Positions 55,401 through 64,000 of a DNA stretch of 64,000 nucleotides are shown piece after piece (position 1 is the first letter of the stretch; each line of letters opens with the position of its first letter). Source of the DNA: Octopus vulgaris (taxonomy: Eukaryota); assembly GCA_951406725.2 (NCBI GenBank), contig OX597815.1:122946001-123010000 (forward strand), written 5' to 3'. The notes beneath the pieces are model-generated. The model was not told where the DNA came from. It searched no databases and was given only the letters and a program-made list of their open reading frames with translations. Position numbers and translations under genes: made by a program.

Positions 55401-55783
55401 GATTGTATCCGTAACGTTAGGGTTTCTATCCGTGTAGAGTTTTTTTTTCAGGCGAAAGCCTATGTCGGGTGCAACATTGCCAGACTAGAAAATGGTGCAA
55501 GATTTGAAGAAGTTGTCGGTTGAATTAGGATCGAATCGACTTTAAAGAATATAGCTAAATAATGGACTTTGCTGATAACATGATCCTAAACCTGAACGTA
55601 ACATAAATAACTAGAGGAATTCATAATGAGCTCAGCTTTTACACTGATCTGTACAAACAGAAGATACGTCGTAAACGCCTAACAACTTTGGATACGTTCT
55701 TTACGCCTTCAACAGATACAGATGATGATGATGATGGTGATGGTCACAATGAAAATGACGATGATGATGATGATGACGAATAA

Positions 55784-56490
55784 CAGGGGTGTCAAACTTG
55801 TTTGGTTTTAAGAACCGGATTAAATCATAAACTAGATACCGAGGGTCGGATAATAACAATTATTCTTAAAACTAATTCATAACGTAGACCAAAGTAAATG
55901 GATAAAGGGGGCAATAAACATAATAACTTTATTAACAATGAAGAAAGGAAAGAATATGAGGTGTTAACAAAGTTTGTGCGCAGAGATGTGTGGAAATATT
56001 CATATGGTATATATAAATTATTAAGAAAGAATCCCTAGAGAAAAAGCAGAGACAGAAATTGTCCAAATAAAAGTATATAGTTCTTGAGAAGACCAATGCT
56101 CGATAGAAAGTTGGCATTGCTTCAGTTGTAAAATTTTTCAATATTGTTCACACCACTGGAATCCATTTGGCTAAACACATACGTAAATTTGAAACATAAG
56201 TTGGTTCAACGTTACAGATAAAGTGAAGGGGAAATAGGTCACATCATTTAGTATTTGGTTTCGAAAGCTTTTTCCATTGGCTGAGATATAAAAAAAAGTC
56301 CCCTAACGAGCACTGATTCGACTAATCTGTACTAATGTTATCACGGTTCTAGCCGAGCTCCGGCTCTGAAAGCATGCTAGTGACACACATTTAACATAAT
56401 AATTAAAAAGTATTTAATGATAATTTTTATTTTAAAAATTGAGTCGGGGAGGGCTAAACACAGCTGCAGGACATATGTTTGACACCCCTT
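55784..56490. mobile_element. hAT (Charlie-like) non-autonomous element
   Basis: TIRs caggggtgtcaaac and gtttgacacccct; no clear 8-bp TSD. Confidence 0.65.
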
Positions 56491-56984
56491 CTCTACAGAA
56501 CAGAAGATAGCGCTCTTCCTTTCAGTAATTTCTATTTTACCAATTCTCTTTACGCTGCAGTCAACATAATTTGTGATGAATACGTATTGTAACTGTATTC
56601 TCATTCATTCCCTTACATTTTTCTTTTCAAATGATCTTACATAAACATACTGTGCTTAGATATTTTAATATCGTAGAATTCATTCGGATGAACAGGTACA
56701 TTAAATTGAAAAGATAAATAAAAAACCAACAAAAACTCCTGATTCAGCGTGTATAGACAAAGTGAAGAAGAAATAGATCATATCTTTTAATAGATGAATT
56801 CATGCACAGAAGATGTATTCTTTTTCCGAATGAATTCTGTCAGAATGCATCTCAGTTTGTAATATGGAAATCAATGAGAAAATAGGTTTCGCATTACAGA
56901 ATTCCGCATAGCGACAATATTTAAAAGAATACAGGATACTGTAACTCGGGAGATGCCAGAATTTTAGATATTTGTAATACTTAC

Positions 56985-57204
56985 CGACAACAGTTGGTTC
57001 CAGATCAACAAAGACCGCTCTGGGGACATGCTTCCCAGCTCCAGTTTCACTGAAGAAAGTACTAAACGAATCATCTCTCCTCGATTTCTTATCTGAAGGT
57101 ACTTGACCATCAGGTTGAATTTTGTGTTCAAGACAGTAGAGTTCCCAACAGGCATTGCCAATTTGTACACCTGCTTGTCCAACGTGGATACTGATACATT
57201 CCCT
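56985..57204 (-). CDS. TUBA: Alpha-tubulin, coding exon 2 (ATG-only first exon not located); about 450 aa in total
   Basis: tttcag|AGG acceptor and G|gtaagt phase-1 donor matching the next exon; [73 protein letters not shown]. Confidence 0.96.
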
Positions 57205-57766
57205 CTGAAAGAAATAAAGGAATACATGATTATAATTATGATGTACCTTTAATTTCTACGAGCTGCGCCCAAGTCTCAACCGGAGACATCAAGGGAGAAA
57301 AGTTTTTACATCTAAAGATACAAACAGTTGAGGTGTCATACAATTGAAAAACTGATGTTTGTGTTTATAAAAACATTATTCGTTTGTTATCAAATTTATA
57401 ATAAAACTGAATGAATAAGATCGTATTAAACTAGAGTCGATTCGATCAACCAAACTCCTTTACATGTAAGTGATCATGTGTCACCACAAGAAATAATTCA
57501 ACAACAATATTATAGTTTACCATGCCAGAAAATTCTTTAAAAATAAAAATACTAATGTCTTTTCCTTGGTCTCAGAATTTCTGATGAAATTGTAAGAGTA
57601 CTGTCTTGGACAGTTGTAGACCGAGCGGTGCCTTTCCATCTCCAAGTCTGACCACAGAAGATCTCTTGCTAGAAATGAGAAACAGACAGAAAGAAGTAGG
57701 AGAATCGATCCTAGTAGAGGACTGGTACTTTATTTATCGATCATGACAAGCAAAGTTGACCTCAAG

Positions 57767-58719
57767 TGTAGCGTAGACTCTCTATATACGTACATTCGAA
57801 CGTAGCAGGGAACAGCTAACCTTCGGTTGCTGTTTGTATCCCGTTGTGTCCACTACTATGATTGGTTGGTATTGGCACAATTTATCCCCTTCTTAGTTGT
57901 GCCAACTGACTGCAGATAGCCAGTCAGAGGTTTTAGATAGCATCACGTGAACAACCTTTTTCGAACCCTTTTCGGGCCTACTGCTCCTTATAAAAACCCA
58001 GCTTTTTCCTCATTAAACGTCTTTGGTTCCTCCTTTTAAGGTCTAGCCACTGACCACACAAGACACAGCCAGTTCCAGCGACAGCACCACAGCAGCCACG
58101 TCGCGACTTACCAACTTCGTCCAACAGCTTTCGGCAACCTCTACCTCAGTTCCCACCATCGTTCTAACGTCAACATCTCTACCGACAACTCGCCCAGGTT
58201 TCACCACTTCTCTGTTCATTATTTACTTCACCATGGATCAACAGTGAATATACAACCTGCGAGAACTGTACCAAATGACCCAAACAGCAGCATCACAGCC
58301 ACAACTTCACGTACGACATGTACCTGTTACCGCTTGGCATCATGGCCGCAACTTCTTGATACAGTATTTCAATTGCCGTGTACAATTGACTACGAACAGG
58401 TATTCTCATTCTTGTGTCTATGGACTTTTCACTTCGATGGCTATAGACTCTTTCACTGTCTTTTTCTTCATTGCCATTCCCATATGTTCTTCACACGCGC
58501 ATACATCTATGCTTACACACGCACATACATTTTGTTCTCATGACGGCCTGTCTATTATTCTGTATATATGACACATACACAGACACACATTAACTATTCT
58601 ACTCGGTTGTGTCTCTTTTCCCCCTAGCACTTATGTAGTATTCATTTTATATTTATTGTATCGACCGTGTAATGTACTAAAGAGCAATTCCCGTCACTTC
58701 GCATCGCACTGTCTTTACA
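57767..58719 (+). mobile_element. Solo LTR (TG...CA, 4-bp TSD CAAG) inserted into a family B SINE
   Basis: caag|TGTAGCGTA...TTTACA|caag. The SINE sequence (aagttgacctc / atttgaactc) resumes across the insertion; TATA-like TATAAAA near 57989. Confidence 0.8.
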
Positions 58720-59814
58720 CAAGTTATTTGAACTCAAAAGGCAAAGAGCCGAAACGAATTCCAAAAGGCAATCTATCAGATACGATCTTCCCTACCAAAT
58801 CATCTATAAAGACATTGTTATAGATGGACATACTAGCAAATATATTTGATAGTGAGTGTTTTATAATTATAATTTATAGATCGGTGGTTACCAAAATCAG
58901 TAGATTGCCGTGCAAATGATTTATTGTATCTAGTTATGTCTTTTACTCGTTCTTGCTACTAATACCGCGCTGGCCAAAATACCTGACTCTTAAACAGCCT
59001 AGTCCACCGTGTTGCAATAAATTGATATGAACTATCTATGAGCAACTCACTTCGATCAACAGTAACCTCTAAAACATATAACTTCTGTAAGCAGTAAAGT
59101 CTTTAGGCTATGACTTCTGTACGCAGTACCTTCCATAACCTTTGATCTCTATAACGAATGACCCAGCAGCATTGTAAAATTAACAAATGTTTCATTCTAG
59201 CACTATTTTCCGTTTCTACTTTGCTGCAAACATGACCCCTGTCATGATAGCGGAGGTACTCTATATAAAGTCTGCACTACGGTCTCTGCCACCAAAACCT
59301 ACTACCACTCTACTTATCTTAGATGGTGAATTTCAGTCGGTGTGTAATAACTGCACGAATCCCTATTGCGTTCTACGGAGAATACACGCTATGTCTTATT
59401 TGATTTTCAATTTAGGCACAAGGTGTAAAGTTTGGCCGGAGGTGGGAGGTTAGTCTGTTTTATCGCCCATGATACTTGATTATCTTTTTATTTTATCGAG
59501 CCCAGAAGATTGAAAGTAAAAGTTGACCTCGGAGGGTTTTAAACTCAGAACGGCAAGAGCCGGAAGAAATATCCGAAGGTATTGTATTCAATACTTTAAC
59601 GAATTTGCAACTCCACCACCAACGCCGTCTTAGCATCATTATAGGCCCCACCTCCTGACAAATCACTGCACTGGGTCCTATAGTATTTATTGACAGCAAT
59701 CCACAGCATACGCGTATAAGAATTGAACTTCTTGCCCTGTAGGTAACTGTCCCGTGACTCCGTCCCTTAAGACGACACGGTCCACCACTCTTGTTAAATC
59801 TAATAACGGTTCTT

Positions 59815-60224
59815 TTTTAGGCACAAAGCCGGCAATTTTGTTGGGAGGGTGTGTCGATACGATCTACTCCAGTATTTGACTGGTACTTTACTTTATTGAC
59901 CCCAAAAGTAAAAATGGTAAAGTTGATCTCGGCGGGATTTGACCTTAGAATGTATAGAGCTAGATCAAATGTCATGTGATGCTTTTTCCGACGCTCTAAC
60001 AATTCAACCAGTTCGCTGTCCTTGCTAATTCTAATAATGGTTTCAGATGTTGGCACAAGGCCAGCAATTTCGGGGGAGTGTTCAACTAGTACTTCTTTTA
60101 TCGACCCCGAAAGAATGGAAAGCAAAGTCGACCATGACGGAATTTGAACTCAGAACGTAAAGACGGACGAGATGCCACTAAGCATTTTGCCCGGCATACT
60201 AACAATTCTGGCAGTTCGCCACCT
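59815..60224 (-). mobile_element. Two tandem family B SINE copies
   Basis: The units ggcacaa(g/a)gcc.gcaatttt...gaccccgaaag...atttgaactcagaacg...cagttcgcc are repeated. Confidence 0.75.
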
Positions 60225-61230
60225 TTTTGTTAATTCTATAATGCTATGTTAGCATCTTCTACAATTGAAATACCATTTATGTTACCCGTGCGTTTGACTG
60301 ACTGTGTCTTTCATTTCAAACACCTGGCGTCATTAACGGACTGTTTCCGTTTTATTTCCTAAATATTAGTGCTAGCTTTTGAAATATTTCCTCCAGTTTT
60401 TTTAAATATTGTTATTTTGTTCCATTGAAGATTGGCATGTCATCAAAATAATGTGTTGAAGATTGGTGTGTCTTTAACACTGATGCTTGGACAGTTTACT
60501 CTCACATCTTTGTCCACATGTACAAAAATCGTAAGCAGCCAGATTGGTAGGATGCCACTCTCGGGGTTAAATAAACAGTGGTTCGAATCCTGACGCTGGC
60601 GTTGTGTTGAGTTCATCATCACAACATTGAATTCTTGTGGCTCAATCTACATAGCTTCAAATAAGTCATTATTGTAAGTGACAAAAGCAATGAACAATTA
60701 ATGAATGTTTCAATAGCTTCTTCTGAATTAAGGTTTTTTTTTTATGTGCCTGCTAATTTCAGAATTCTACTTTTAGACCTTCCCATTTCCAATCACATGC
60801 AGATTCAATAGAAATGAATAGTTGTGGTCTAAAATATATCAGCTTATAGTAAACAAATCATTGTCTTTTATCATTTATTTTACCATCTCCTCCGGGAGTA
60901 ACATCAGAGTTTCTTTTTATGCTAAACTATTGTTGCTGTTTTCCCTCAAGCTAATCCTTTTCGAACAAGCATGTAATTAAAAGCAATCCAGCTGTGATCA
61001 TCTCGTCTATTTTTCAGATGTGTATCGTTTCAAGATCTATATTATCCAATGTGTTGAAACAGTAGTGATTTCAGGTAGATTTAGATGCTATTCCTAACAT
61101 GTAAAGGTCATGTAAAGGTTCTTCATTGTCTTGTGTTATACGAGTTGAAGCACTCAGTCGTAGATAAGGCAGATCATCCAAAGAGACAAAGTTTCATTGT
61201 CACTTTGTAATTGTCAGATATTTTATTATA

Positions 61231-61716
61231 TCTATATATATAAAACTGTAGTTGTGTGAGTGTCTGTCCCCTTCGATTTAGATTCCTAACTACTCCCACA
61301 TTTTGCGGTGCAGTTTAACCAAATTCGAGTATCTTATAGTCGTGATTCATATCAAGCCCGTCTGAGTATTAGCGCGCGTCTACGATGAGTCTACGATTTT
61401 TAAAATAATTTAACATCATTTTTTATTCCATTTTAATGCATAATTTTTCGTGTGTCGATGGCGGCGGAGTTGGCGTCCATGGTCACACCTGCACCCTCGT
61501 GAAGCTGTGGGGAGGGGAGTGTAAAGAATTCAACGTCGTAAAGCGTTGTCAAGGAGACCGGCGTTCTTTTAGAACAACGACTTCATGGCTTGAAGACACC
61601 AAAATTACCATAATTTTTTATTCCATTTTTAATGCATTTTTTTGCTATAACTCACTAAAAATGCTTATATAGTTATTTCCCTTACAAACCCGAGCAACGC
61701 CGGGCGATACTGCTAG
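61231..61716 (+). mobile_element. Non-autonomous Helitron
   Basis: A|TCTATATATATAAAA 5' end, subterminal hairpin cccgagcaacgccggg, CTAG|T 3' end. Confidence 0.85.
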
Positions 61717-61917
61717 TATTTTATAAAATATCCAAAGTGGCTCCCTAGTAAAGGAGAAGTATTTGAAGCTTAATCTTTCGAGTAAAACCTTTCATTAGAA
61801 AGATATAAATTCTGTAATAGATTAGCATTCTGTCACAAGAAGAGGTATCCCATAGCCGCTTAAACCCATGGAAATACTGGTAAGTTCCAGTATGCTGCAA
61901 TAACTTTTGGTGGTGTC

Positions 61918-62141
<224 letters not shown>

Positions 62142-63700
62142 ATAAGGCAAGAAGAAAATTAATATAAAAAATTATCATATTTATAATAAAACTCTGTGCC
62201 CATATCATCAGACTTTCTAAGTGACCGCAATTTATTTGATCATTTCATTATCAGACCCATTAATTCACATGAAGTGATGACGTAAGAAATTCGCATACAA
62301 TAATCATTGACTTTATACACACCAATAGTCATAAGTAGTAATTGACGTCATTGTAAGTTTTGCAGATATACGTGAAAAACTGTTCAGTAATAACGTTTTC
62401 TACTGATACATATGCCACAATGTTGTACACTGGTAATTCATTAATTGAAACTAATGCAACACCTAAGAGGTTGTACACTAATACCACACCGACAATGTTG
62501 TATACTCATACTATGCCAAAAATGCTATACACAAACGCTATACATTTAAGATTGTACAATGATAGAAAATCAGAGATGTCGCAAAAGGACACCACTTCGA
62601 CATCATTGATTTTTAGTGGCTCACCGAAGTCATCCAACAGTGATGCATCACCAGCAAAATTATTTACAACGAGCTCAACGTTCACCAGAACCACGCCAGC
62701 AAGATTGAAAACCTATGCGACACCAGTGACAGTGTGCAGCAATTGATTGGATTTTGATTGAGATATCAATGAATGTTTTGGGTTGGTTGGAAATTCCAGA
62801 AAAGATGTCTTTGCAATCATTATTTGATTATCTCTAATTGTTAACATTCTTTTGAGTAAGAACGACACGCCTCTCCAACTTTTGTGTAAGACGAATTATT
62901 ATAGACTGACTCTCCGTAAATGAAGCATCTACATGATGCGTAATGAAGAATATATAGATATATATAACTCTAGTGAGCTCCCTTAACCGGGATACAGGGA
63001 GACTTAAACTTAGAACTAAGGAAAACACAACGGTAAGCCCGTCCTACGTCTATAGTATTTATTTATAATGAGCTATAAGCATAAAACGGTACAACTGACG
63101 GATGCTCTACCGACTTGCTCGAGCATCTAATCCTGAATATTATTTGTTCTTCATGTAATTGATTAAGACGAAAATCAAAATCAACGCCGAACAACGTGCG
63201 AGATTATCGAACTTTCTGCGGTTTCATTCATCCCTTTAATAATTATAGATTCTCCCAGTAAGCGTTGGTTTATTCAAATGTTAAAATATAGGATGTGTTT
63301 TCTTCGATGATTTTGTAATTATTTTGATGTATGCATGCAGAATAGCATCAACGTTAGTTGATGTTGTGAGATTATGAAAAACCTTGAATCTATCTTTTTA
63401 TGGAAATAGTTCCATTAGGCTCTTTTAAAATTTGCAAAAAAAGTGGCTTTGCTTTTTTACAATGATGTGTAACTGTGTTCGAATGATAATTGGTTGGTGT
63501 CCCAAGTAAAATTATCGATTTGTGTGCGTGCGTGCATGTGTGTGTGTGTGTGTGTTTCCGTAAAGTCACAGAAGTGGCTGGGGTTACTATGAAAGTGTTG
63601 TCGGGGGAAGTTATTGTAAGTAAGCTTGACAAGGTATGTATGTCTGTGCGAGTTGTATGTATGTATGTATGTATGTATGTATGTATGTATGTATGTATGT

Positions 63701-64000
63701 CAGGTCACTTTCGAGTGCTACTGGTAACATGTAACCCAGTACAACCTGTTGCATGGTCGGGCCGTCGGCGACTAAACTGGCAACCCCATCAAGCTTGCTT
63801 GGTGAGGAGGGTGATTATTGGACACCCTGCGGGATGAAAAACAAAACCCGTCAAAGGGCGGAGGAACTCTTGAGAGTCAACGGCCATCCGATAAATGTGT
63901 ATTTTTTTTCTCTTACGGCTTAAGGCTGTATCATGCACGGGGACAGAAATAATCGGACTGAATACCCGATCGCGCGGTTAAACCATTGGGAGTGAAGGAC
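63701..64000 (+). mobile_element. Probable 5' end of a non-LTR retrotransposon (RTE-like 5' UTR) running off the window
   Basis: Abrupt GC- and CpG-rich sequence directly after (ATGT)n, beginning with an HDV-like fold candidate. No ORF is visible within the window. Confidence 0.45.

Noticed and set aside
57519-60886. Candidate ATG|gt first exons for tubulin (minus-strand ATG at 57523 or 60886)
   Set aside because: The donor contexts are weak and indistinguishable from chance; the exon may lie outside the window.

Overview
AT-rich, repeat-dense animal genomic DNA, most likely an octopus (inferred from the SINE families, RTE LINEs and microsatellite load). Two protein-coding genes face each other. 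The first is a complete 9-exon FBXW4 (F-box/WD40, dactylin-like) gene on + (about 11617-33262), spliced by hand with all introns GT-AG and phase-consistent. The second is an alpha-tubulin gene on - (coding exons 57204-56985 and 47205-46076; ATG exon not located) with an unusual K40 loop. The rest is SINEs, RTE and RLE LINE remnants, a full-length decayed mariner, MITEs, Helitron-type elements and two solo LTRs. The most striking signal is in FBXW4 intron 3: two adjacent near-perfect fold-back palindromes (about 1 kb and 0.2 kb arms, 4-nt loops) set in (TA)n tracts. Each arm carries a minimal type I hammerhead ribozyme motif of the Penelope/retrozyme kind, so each sense-strand ribozyme is preceded by its own antisense copy. 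A third fold-back of Gypsy-pol-like sequence lies in intron 4, and an HDV-like ribozyme candidate sits at the window end. All calls come from reading the sequence; no searches were run, and repeat boundaries are approximate unless termini are quoted.
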